This document shows, one piece after another, positions 25,357-32,000 of a DNA stretch of 32,000 bases. The DNA is taken from assembly GCF_000020025.1 (NCBI RefSeq), contig NC_010631.1, positions 210,001-242,000 on the forward strand, in the 5' to 3' direction. A program made the translations under genes and the position numbers. Every line of letters begins with the position of its first letter. The stretch's first letter is position 1. The notes beneath the pieces were generated by a model. That model searched no databases, was not told the DNA's origin, and saw only the letters and a program-made list of their open reading frames with translations. The stretch comes from Nostoc punctiforme PCC 73102 (GTDB taxonomy: Bacteria > Cyanobacteriota > Cyanobacteriia > Cyanobacteriales > Nostocaceae).

Positions 25357-25582
25357 CACCTGAAGTCCTTTAACTACCTGCCCCAGGAGTGTTAGCAGAT
25401 GCAGGTGATTTGCGATGGCGCAAGCGCCCAGCGTAGCTGATCGCATTAATCGGGTGTATTCGAGTGGGTTGGAAGAATCGGTGCAGAAGTTTTTGGAGTC
25501 GTTGGGGAAGCTGAATCGTGCTTATTTGACGGATTTAGAAGAGAAAGTGTTGAGTCTTCTGGAGTTAGAAATTATACCATAA
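25357..25582 (+). pseudogene. Decayed 3' fragment of a paralog of the 305-aa gene (8058-8975)
   Basis: HLKSFNYLPQEC*QMQVICD ... ADRINRVYSSGLEESVQKFLESLGKLNRAYLTDLEEKVLSLLELEIIP* aligns with HLKSFNYLPAECEQMRQICDRIRRLRKNESLEEAARAVLKHLGEVKRPYLTAFEGELLNFIEKKYLLQG* (8766-8975). The fragment has one in-frame TAG and a 25-nt frameshifting insert (25417-25441). Confidence 0.7.
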
Positions 25583-25637
25583 TGCTGCAAGTGATTAATT
25601 TTGGGATTCAAAGGATTCTACAAAGTAGAATTTTGAC

Positions 25638-26018
25638 TTGTGCATTTATACAGGTAGGGGTGAGATTTTGGTACTGATTATTAGGGAAAGAGCAACTCTC
25701 GAACAAGTGGAGTTAATGCTGCAAACTTTGCGAGTTTACATTAAAGTGGCAGTAGATATAGAAAGAGGGATTTTAGCTGGAGGAGGAGAGAAACACGCTT
25801 TCTGTGAAGCAGCATTGCTCGAAGACGGTAGTAAACAGCGAGATATCTGGGGTGCGGATTGGACTCCCTTTAACCAATCAATCGCCTATGAATCGATTAT
25901 TAACATACGTCCAAGCCAAAATAATCGCTCAATGGTAATTCAAGACCCAGCGATTAAAGAACGTGTTAAAAAAATAACTCAGGAGTTAATTGGTGGATAT
26001 GAACCAGAATTTAGATGA
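25638..26018 (+). CDS. DUF5674-like protein
   Basis: The core LIIRERATLEQVELMLQTLRVYIKVAVDIERGILAGGGEKHAFCEAALLEDGSKQRDIWGADW...INIRPSQNNRSMVIQDPAIKERV matches my recollection of DUF5674. The start is uncertain (TTG 25638 or TTG 25668). Confidence 0.6.
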   Translation: MCIYTGRGEILVLIIRERATLEQVELMLQTLRVYIKVAVDIERGILAGGGEKHAFCEAALLEDGSKQRDIWGADWTPFNQSIAYESIINIRPSQNNRSMVIQDPAIKERVKKITQELIGGYEPEFR

Positions 26019-26355
26019 AAAACAAGCACGGTTTCAAGGCGAAAATACATCACATCGCTTAGGTCATATAGCTTCTAATTTAGCTAGGCTGAGAACATTT
26101 TGTGACACTGCTTACCCTGAAGCGGTCAAAAGTGTTGCAGATGAAACTATGTGTTTTATCGAATGGACGGCAGCAGAAATTGAACCTGAATATGCTGAAG
26201 AACTGGTTAACATTCAAGTTCAACTGGCACGATGGAGATTAACTTTTGATAGTATTTGGTCTGATGGTAGCGAACGCAGAAATATGTCCGAGCAAGCTAG
26301 TGCTTGGTCAGAACAAGTATTAGATATGTCAGGGTTGTTGTCCGAATCCATCTAA
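25999..26355 (+). CDS. Hypothetical protein
   Basis: ATG 25999 (the ORF is open from TTG 25990) overlaps the end of the upstream gene by 20 nt. 118 aa, helical-looking, no family recognised. Confidence 0.5.
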   Translation: MNQNLDEKQARFQGENTSHRLGHIASNLARLRTFCDTAYPEAVKSVADETMCFIEWTAAEIEPEYAEELVNIQVQLARWRLTFDSIWSDGSERRNMSEQASAWSEQVLDMSGLLSESI

Positions 26356-26572
26356 AACTTTAATCATTGCGATATTCTAGATTTTGTAAAAAATATGAGC
26401 AATCACTTATAGTTTCTGGACAAATAATTCATTTTGTTAATCTGGAACGACTTGTAAGCTTAACTTCCCCATCAAAATTATTCAAATTATTTTTGCAAGG
26501 CTCCTAAGTAGGGCTTGCTTGAATAACTAACCAATCCTGATCTTTGCTTTCTTATTACTTTTTCAGCAACCT

Positions 26573-27193
26573 CTAAATAGGGGTCTTTTTTGGAATAGTT
26601 GACTTGACTGATTCACGCTCCTGTAATCTATTAAACCAGTCTCTCAAATAAGGATACTGAAGAAGCCAGTCTTCATTTAAGCGAAAGCTGTAATAACCGA
26701 GGGAACATAATGCTGCCACATCTGCTGCTGTCCATGTTTCACCCTCTAACAAATATTTAGTTGAACGCAGTTGTCCATCAAAGATTGGTAAAAGGCGATT
26801 AATTAATGTTTCATATTTTTTTCGATAATAAGCAGGAGCTAGATCACCCATAAAATTTAGTACCCATAAACCGATAATGTTGTCGCCTAAAGTATCTGCT
26901 AGTTGTTCCCATTTACGGCACTCAAGCCGTATGTGAGGAGCGCTTGGGTAAAAGCTAGGCTGTGGATAAGTTTCGTCTAGATACTCCGCAATCAATGTAG
27001 AGTCCCAAATTACCGTGCCATCTTGATCTACAAACACAGGGACTTGACCAATAGGAGAAATTTCAAGGAACTCAGGGGGTTTATTGGCTAAATTAATTTC
27101 TTTGAATTCACAATCTAAATTTTTCTCTATTAACAATATTCGGATTTTCCGAGAAAAGTTTGATTGCTGATGATAATATAACATTCTATTCAT
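26573..27193 (-). CDS. Glutathione S-transferase family protein
   Basis: Thioredoxin-like N-domain MLYYHQQSNFSRKIRILLIEKNLDCEFKEINL...ISPIGQVPVFVDQDGTVIWDSTLIAEYLDETYP, then a helical C-domain. Possible starts are ATG 27193 or ATG 27184 (the ORF is open from TTG 27211). Confidence 0.8.
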   Translation of the reverse strand: MNRMLYYHQQSNFSRKIRILLIEKNLDCEFKEINLANKPPEFLEISPIGQVPVFVDQDGTVIWDSTLIAEYLDETYPQPSFYPSAPHIRLECRKWEQLADTLGDNIIGLWVLNFMGDLAPAYYRKKYETLINRLLPIFDGQLRSTKYLLEGETWTAADVAALCSLGYYSFRLNEDWLLQYPYLRDWFNRLQERESVKSTIPKKTPI

Positions 27194-27439
27194 AGATTTA
27201 TTCTTACTCAAAAACTGGGTCTAATAATAAACTGCATTCAAAAATAGTACCCCATGATTGTGACGAAGGAAGCAATCTCATGGACTCTCACCAAAACCGT
27301 TTTATCTTAATCTCTTAGGCATGGTAAAACATTGAATTACAACACCTAAAGTCTTGCAATTATCTACTTCCCGAATGTCAGTAGATGCAGTCTTTAGTTG
27401 CGTTAGTGGACTGGTAATTGAAGATTGGGAGTAAGAGCA

Positions 27440-27910
27440 ATGAAAACTAATGCTGCTCGACTACTTGATAAACTAGGCATCTCCTATCAAATTCTCACTT
27501 ATGAAGTAGATCCTGATGATTTGGCCGCCGAAAGTACAGCGTACAAAGTCGGTCTTCCACCAGAGCAAGTTTTTAAAACTCTAGTAGTCAGAGGTGACAC
27601 AACAGGTCTCTGTTTTGCTGTTGTGCCGGGAAATGCTCAGTTAAACCTAAAAGCTTTAGCTCGAATTTCAGGAAACCGGAAGGTTGAGACAGTTGCCCTG
27701 AAGGAAGTCCAGCCACTAACAGGATACATCCGTGGGGGTGTGACAGCTTTAGCCAGTAAAAAAGACTATCCCGTTTACCTTGATGAAACGGCAACTCTAT
27801 TTGAGCAGATTACTGTTTCTGGTGGAATGCGAGGAATGCTACTTCTGCTATGCCCATCTGATTATTTACGTGCAGTCAAAGGTACTTTGGGAGCAATTGT
27901 ACAAAATTAG
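27440..27910 (+). CDS. ybaK: Cys-tRNA(Pro)/Cys-tRNA(Cys) deacylase YbaK
   Basis: MKTNAARLLDKLGISYQILTYEVDPDDL...EQVFKTLVVRGD...FAVVPGN.QLNLKALA...KVE.V...EV..LTGYIRGGV...YPVYLDET...ITVSGGMRG is the characteristic YbaK pattern. ATG 27440 lies inside the ORF that opens at 27425. Confidence 0.85.
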   Translation: MKTNAARLLDKLGISYQILTYEVDPDDLAAESTAYKVGLPPEQVFKTLVVRGDTTGLCFAVVPGNAQLNLKALARISGNRKVETVALKEVQPLTGYIRGGVTALASKKDYPVYLDETATLFEQITVSGGMRGMLLLLCPSDYLRAVKGTLGAIVQN

Positions 27911-27998
27911 TATTAGAGATTTTCGTGAGTTTAATCCTGAAAGTGTAAGGCGATTACTACTTCAAATAATCTAATTGCTAAGCAATACCGTTGCCAAA

Positions 27999-29432
27999 TT
28001 AAGAGTGTTCAACGCCTGTAGAAACGGGATGAATACGTCCTAAAGAAGTAAGCTTGGCAAAAATCTGGGTTAATAAAATAGGCTCAGGGATCTCGGGAAG
28101 CATTTTTAGCATTTCACGAACATATCGAAAGCCACGATAATATGCTTTAAGGTCAATAATGCCGGAGCCAGGATTATGTTGACGGAAATCAGCCAGAAGA
28201 TAATGGGATAAATTAACCAGAAAAAATGCTAGATTAGCAGCATTAGTCACCGCAGTTTGGCTCAGATTCATAAAATCCTCCAATCCCCAAAACTGCTTGG
28301 CATCTCGAAAGTTAAACTCAATTTGAAAGCGCAGCTTATAATAGTCAATTATTTTTTCAAATGATAGCTCTAGGTCGCTAGAAAACAGAATCACATGGCT
28401 ACGAGTATTAGTTTTAAGATTGGTTTTGACTAAAATCACTACATTTAGTGCTTGGGCAAATTCCTTGTGGAGTAAAGTAGCTTGATAAATATCAGTTTTG
28501 ATATCCTCGTCAATAGTAATTTTACACAAATATGCGTCAGGTATATTACAATAATCCAGCTTATCGCCCTTCGGGTTCAGCAGTCCCCTGCGACGGGAAA
28601 CCCGTCTTCAGGGCTGCTTCACCGTATTACGACGGGAGCGACGATTTGGGTCAGGGTTTTGATAAGGTATATATAATGCCGAATCATGGCGCAACTTGGA
28701 AATTATGTGCAAATTAACTTGTCGAGCCATCTGCAAGGCATTATTGTTGCCAAAGTGAACATCTAAGACTAAGTAAGTTAGAGGGATAAAGTTAGCTATT
28801 AACAAGACTTGCTCATTAATCATTTTCTTAATTCTGAGTAATTCAGATGTGAAAATTACTTCTGTTTTCTTTTTGTTTTTACTCCCTTTTGGTCGTCCAC
28901 GTCCACGTTTTTCTTTGGTTTTGATTTCTGGATTTGGCGATACACTAGTTTTTTCCACATCGCTTTTTACGACCTGTTCTATTTGAATCGGAAATGAGTG
29001 TCTTTCTTCGACACTTACTAACGATAATGTAAAGAAAGATAGTCCTGATATTGGTTTACTTATTAAGCTGGAAAAGAACCTATCCAACCCATAAGTTTGT
29101 TTCCCTGATTTGCTGACTACAACTTCATCTCCTGCAAGCAAATATATCTCATTCGCACGAAACAAATGCTTACGAAAAAATAGCCAAAACAATGTCGCCC
29201 AAGGTATTACTGTATGAAAGAACCTTAACATCGTCTGATAACTACCACCAGTCCCTGTCCAACGAGAAATCCCCAACATGGTGACTCGGCCGCTCATTGC
29301 TAACATAGCCAGGATTATCTGGTTTAATTGCCGCATCGTTGTAGCGTTTATCTGCGGCAAGAGGCACTGTAACAGTGATAGGATGTCCGACATGGGCTGA
29401 TTGTGGTTTTGAGTTGTCGTTGTGAGAGACAA
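27999..29432 (-). pseudogene. IS4-superfamily DDE transposase interrupted by a single in-frame TGA
   Basis: ORFs 28608-29432 and 27999-28529 are in the same frame. The joined reading is ...RRNTVKQP*RRVSRRRGLLNPKGDKLDYCNIPDAYLCKITIDE... Candidate DDE residues lie in LLAGDEVVV and LVLDVHFGNN, and the Y-2-R-3-E-6-K signature is in YYKLRFQIEFNFRDAKQ. Confidence 0.75.
28581..28616. repeat. 36-nt hairpin inside the transposase frame, containing the in-frame stop
   Basis: Plus strand CAGTCCCCTG C GACGGG AAA CCCGTC TT CAGGGCTG. There is a perfect inner 6-bp stem (28592-28606) and an outer stem with a 2-nt bulge. The TGA (plus-strand TCA 28608-28610) lies in the outer arm. Confidence 0.6.
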
Positions 29433-29512
29433 TAACTCTACTACATCGGCCCTCTCTCTTCATCCTCTTATTTTGGCTAAGGTATTGCTAAGACAATGTT
29501 TTTAGTCGGCAC

Positions 29513-29542
29513 TTGACATCAAAAATAAGTGCATATACACTT
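29513..29542 (+). promoter_or_regulatory. marR promoter with overlapping near-palindromic operator; probably a leaderless transcript
   Basis: TTGACA (29513-29518), 17-nt spacer, TACACT (29536-29541), ATG at 29548. The operator AAGTGCATATACACTT (29527-29542) overlaps the -10. Confidence 0.55.
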
Positions 29543-29547
29543 ACCCT

Positions 29548-30006
29548 ATGGATAAACACACTAACCCAATCAACACTGATTTTTTAGGTCAAGTGGGTTC
29601 AGCATGCGCCTGTTTCAATCTCCGAAAGGCTTCTCGTGTTATGACACAACACTTTGACGAAGTACTCAGGCCAAGCGGATTGCTAGTGACTCAGTTCACC
29701 ATTCTGGCTGCTGTAGCGATCGCAAAATCAGCCACGGTCAACGAGTTAGCGGAGATACTAGTGATGGATCGCACGACCTTAACCAGGAATCTCAAGCCCC
29801 TTGAACGTGAAGGATGGTTAAAATCCGAACCTGGGCAAGACCAGCGAACTCGTATCATTGCCTTGACCGAAGCCGGGGAAGCTGTCTTAGCGAAAGCTTT
29901 ACCATTGTGGAAACAGGCTCAAAGCATGGTTGAGACAGCACTTGGACAGCAACGATGGAACACTTTGTTGGCGCATTTAGTGGAAGCAACAGCACTCTTG
30001 CGTTAA
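29548..30006 (+). CDS. MarR family transcriptional regulator
   Basis: 152 aa. The segment LLVTQFTILAAVAIAKSATVNELAEILVMDRTTLTRNLKPLEREGWLKSEPGQDQRTRIIALTEAGE is a typical MarR winged helix. Confidence 0.85.
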   Translation: MDKHTNPINTDFLGQVGSACACFNLRKASRVMTQHFDEVLRPSGLLVTQFTILAAVAIAKSATVNELAEILVMDRTTLTRNLKPLEREGWLKSEPGQDQRTRIIALTEAGEAVLAKALPLWKQAQSMVETALGQQRWNTLLAHLVEATALLR

Positions 30007-30026
30007 GTCTAAAATTTTTCTCCAAA

Positions 30027-30042
30027 AAGTGTATATGCACTT
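30027..30042. promoter_or_regulatory. Second copy of the MarR-type operator (inverted orientation)
   Basis: AAGTGTATATGCACTT is the exact reverse complement of the 16-mer at 29527-29542. It lies 21 bp after the marR stop and upstream of the small ORF/GST unit. Confidence 0.55.
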
Positions 30043-30113
30043 AATTTCTCTATGTTGGCAGTTGATGATCATTCAAAGAAATCATCGGCACCTCGTGTCA
30101 AGGAGTCAGTAAC

Positions 30114-30344
30114 ATGAAAACGATTGCGGACGTAGCGCCGATGACATAGTGGCAGAAGTTCAGGGCTTGGATCATCGCGTTTAAGGAAGCGATGGATTTC
30201 AGAGAGACGGACATTCTGAGTGATCGCATCGAAAGTCTCGAACTACGAATCGCCGATCTCGAAGCGCAATTTCACGATTCAAACGATTGCATTTCCAGCT
30301 CCATCAACCCAATCATTGAAAGTGAGGCACATGAAACTTTATAG
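30114..30344 (+). pseudogene. Small ORF (76 codons) with an in-frame TAG after codon 11
   Basis: RBS AAGGAG lies 8 nt before ATG 30114. Reading: MKTIADVAPMT*WQKFRAWIIAFKEAMDFRETDILSDRIESLELRIADLEAQFHDSNDCISSSINPIIESEAHETL*. An internal ATG at 30192 also has an AAGGAAG RBS and would give 50 aa. The ORF ends 14 nt inside the GST gene. Confidence 0.3.
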
Positions 30345-30969
30345 TGTTCCTATTTCACCCTTTGCCGCCCGCGTGCGGTTGTCCATCTATCGCAAAGGTC
30401 TAAACATTGAAATTGTCCCACCGCCAGAAGGAGGCATTAAAAGTGATGCCTATTTAGCTCTGAACCCTATGGGACAGGTGCCGACTTTGTTATTGGACTC
30501 TGGTTTTGCACTCCCAGAATCAGCAACGATCCTTGAATATCTAGAAGATGTCTTCCCAACACCATCTTTGCGACCGACTGATGTTGAGGATTTAGCCCGT
30601 GTTCGTTTGTTCTTGCGCCTCCCAGATTTTCATATTCGACCATCCATCTTTGCTTTAAGAGGTATGCGAGATCCAGCTAATCGCAATGAGGACGTGGTTA
30701 AAACTCAATTTGAAGTTCTCGATCAGGGCTTGTCATATATCGACCATTACCTGAGCGAAGATGTCTGGGCAGTGGGTAATCGACCGTCAATCGCTGACTG
30801 TGCCCTTGTCCCGATATTCAATATAGTCAGTTTCATGGTATTGGTCTATAACCACTCGGATATCATCAGCAAGTATCAAAAGCTTAGTGCTTATTGGCAG
30901 GCAGCCAAGACCGATGAAATTAACGCCAAAGTGATTGCCGAACAACTGGCTGCCATACCAAAAGCTTAG
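30331..30969 (+). CDS. Glutathione S-transferase family protein
   Basis: ATG 30331 follows AGTGAGG. MKLYSVPISPFAARVRLSIYRKGLNIEIV...LALNPMGQVPTLLLDSGFALPESATILEYLEDVFP is a GST N-domain. The 37-codon upstream extension in the ORF track (from 30220) is unlikely to be coding. Confidence 0.85.
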   Translation: MKLYSVPISPFAARVRLSIYRKGLNIEIVPPPEGGIKSDAYLALNPMGQVPTLLLDSGFALPESATILEYLEDVFPTPSLRPTDVEDLARVRLFLRLPDFHIRPSIFALRGMRDPANRNEDVVKTQFEVLDQGLSYIDHYLSEDVWAVGNRPSIADCALVPIFNIVSFMVLVYNHSDIISKYQKLSAYWQAAKTDEINAKVIAEQLAAIPKA

Positions 30970-31071
30970 GAGTTTGCGGAAAGAAGGCAGATGGAACAAA
31001 GATCCTGGACAAATCCACCATCAAGTTCTCATAGCATTATTAGCAAAATCATTACAAAAAGGTAGGTGATC

Positions 31072-31542
31072 ATGGAAGAGGGCATATCGGATAATCCCGG
31101 AGTAATTGCTTTTCCGCCAGCACTCTATGCTGGAACATTATTAATCGGATTAGTACTTAGTTTCATGTTTCCAATCGACTTTTTATCGCGATCTGTAGCA
31201 CTAGCTTTGGGAGTATTAGCAATTATTTGCGCGGGTTTGATAGTAACTTCAGCTTTTCGGACGATGAATCGCGCACAGACAGAGGTTAACCCTTCACGTC
31301 CGACAACAGCGATTGTTTCGGATGGAGTTTTTAGGTTAAGCCGCAACCCAATTTATTTGTCTCTGACGCTGTTTTACATCGGCATCGCGTTGCTATTGGG
31401 TGCGCTCTGGGCATTGCTACTATTATTCCCCCTTTTAGTGATTGTGCAAATCGGGATTGTTCAGCGCGAAGAGAATTACTTGGAGCGTAAATTTGGCGAT
31501 GAATACTTACGCTACAAGGCACGGGTGCGTCGCTGGGTATAA
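31072..31542 (+). CDS. Isoprenylcysteine carboxyl methyltransferase (ICMT)/phospholipid methyltransferase family membrane protein
   Basis: Multi-TM protein with the C-terminal signature GVFRLSRNPIYLSLTLFYIGIALLLG...REENYLERKFGDEYLRYKARVRRW. ATG 31072 (the ORF is open from GTG 31066). Confidence 0.8.
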   Translation: MEEGISDNPGVIAFPPALYAGTLLIGLVLSFMFPIDFLSRSVALALGVLAIICAGLIVTSAFRTMNRAQTEVNPSRPTTAIVSDGVFRLSRNPIYLSLTLFYIGIALLLGALWALLLLFPLLVIVQIGIVQREENYLERKFGDEYLRYKARVRRWV

Positions 31543-31634
31543 AAGGAAAAGGGGATTCATGTTAAAGGGGAAAGGGATGATGATTGTCGCGTCACTTGCA
31601 GGCGAGGTTTTTACCTTTCCCCCTTCTCCCTCTT
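31543..31634. repeat. Purine/pyrimidine-rich imperfect hairpin family, copy 3
   Basis: AAGGAAAAGGGGATTCATGTTAAAGGGGAAAGGGATGATG ... TTTACCTTTCCCCCTTCTCCCTCTT lies directly after the ICMT-family gene. It shares AAAGGGGAA(A)GGGA(A)TGA and TTTACCTTTCCCCCTT with copy 1. Confidence 0.5.
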
Positions 31635-31712
31635 ATAAAGTACCTATTAAAACCAATTGAAAATTCCACCAAAATCTATACCGATTTATAACTATCAACG
31701 CTAGAGGCTTCT

Positions 31713-32000
31713 ATGGCTAAATTTGATAACCATCCTACCGTGAGATGGTGGCGTGAGCAGTCTACAAACAACCCAAAAACAAGCACAGTCGCTTTGAATT
31801 CTGATTCACTCCGAACACTTTGTTTGGATGCGGGTGCTGATGATGTAGGATTTGTGGAAATTTACCGACCCGCGATCGCCGACCAACATGCCGAAATTCT
31901 GGCAGTATTTCCACCCACCAAAACATTGATTAGCTTTGTCTGCTGCATGAATCGGGAAAGCGTTCGCACTCCAGCGCGATCAATCGCTAATCTGGAATTT
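31713..32000 (+). CDS. Partial CDS (5' end), possibly a QueG/reductive-dehalogenase-like Fe-S oxidoreductase
   Basis: The ATG at 31713 opens a frame that runs to the window edge (96 codons): MAKFDNHPTVRWWREQ...LRTLCLDAGADDVGFVEIYRPAIADQHAEILAVFPPTKTLISFVCCMNRESVRTPARSIANLEF. The function call is tentative. Confidence 0.5.
   Translation, partial: MAKFDNHPTVRWWREQSTNNPKTSTVALNSDSLRTLCLDAGADDVGFVEIYRPAIADQHAEILAVFPPTKTLISFVCCMNRESVRTPARSIANLEF

Larger units (their letters stand above)
27976..29495 (-). mobile_element. IS4-superfamily insertion sequence (~1.5 kb), boundaries +/-5 nt
   Basis: Terminal inverted repeats: AGCAATACCGTTGCCAAATTAAGAG (27981-28005) versus the reverse complement of CTCTTATTTTGGCTAAGGTATTGCT (29465-29489). 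They enclose one transposase reading frame. Confidence 0.75.

Noticed and set aside
29242-29463. 73-aa minus-strand ORF at the 5' end of the IS4-type element
   Set aside because: It overlaps the transposase N-terminus in another frame and extends into the terminal inverted repeat. It has no independent support.
30220-30330. 37-codon N-terminal extension of the GST ORF
   Set aside because: The GST fold begins at MKLYSVP (ATG 30331), which has an upstream purine-rich RBS. The extension overlaps the small ORF in another frame and starts at GTG without an RBS.
31442-31660. 72-aa plus-strand ORF and the minus-strand ORFs 31125-31346 and 31331-31522
   Set aside because: The first runs through the intergenic hairpin repeat, and the others are antisense to the ICMT-family membrane protein gene.

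Overview
No similarity search was run. All family calls rest on motifs read directly from the translations. The DNA looks cyanobacterial, probably from a filamentous Nostocales-type genome. It is AT-rich, carries at least 18 exact HIP1 octamers (GCGATCGC) found by eye, and is rich in TPR/WD40/CHAT genes. The window has three blocks.

(1) 21-9091 is a mobile-element or prophage-like early-gene module. A long leftward operon encodes a winged-helix replication-like protein with internal iteron-like repeats, AlkB, an orphan N6-adenine methyltransferase, a KilA-N protein and many small unknown ORFs with overlapping stops and starts. It faces an XRE/cI-like repressor gene across a divergent promoter region with four evenly spaced CTTTTAAAAG operators. 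No integrase or virion genes are visible.

(2) 9502-25350 is a 16-kb, all plus-strand cluster and the most interesting part of the window. It contains:
- a signal-peptide TPR-CHAT gene, now split by an ISAzo13-like IS with a 4-bp target duplication
- a 22-blade WD40 protein with a signal peptide
- a lipobox-bearing WD40+TPR+CHAT protein
- a 124-aa trypco2-like protein
- a CHAT-TM-CHASE2-3TM membrane protein
- a secreted DUF928 protein

All three CHAT modules keep the caspase-type His/Cys dyad. No NTPase, cas gene or obvious toxin is present. I read this as an uncharacterised trans-envelope caspase-like signalling or conflict module.

(3) 25357-32000 is a housekeeping/detox-like region. It starts with a decayed 3' fragment paralogous to the end of the 305-aa gene at 8058-8975, so the two copies bracket the CHAT cluster. 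It then carries DUF5674, a GST, ybaK, an IS4-superfamily IS whose transposase has one in-frame stop, a MarR regulator with two copies of its operator, a second GST, an ICMT-family methyltransferase and a partial Fe-S protein gene.

No rRNA, tRNA or CRISPR array was seen.
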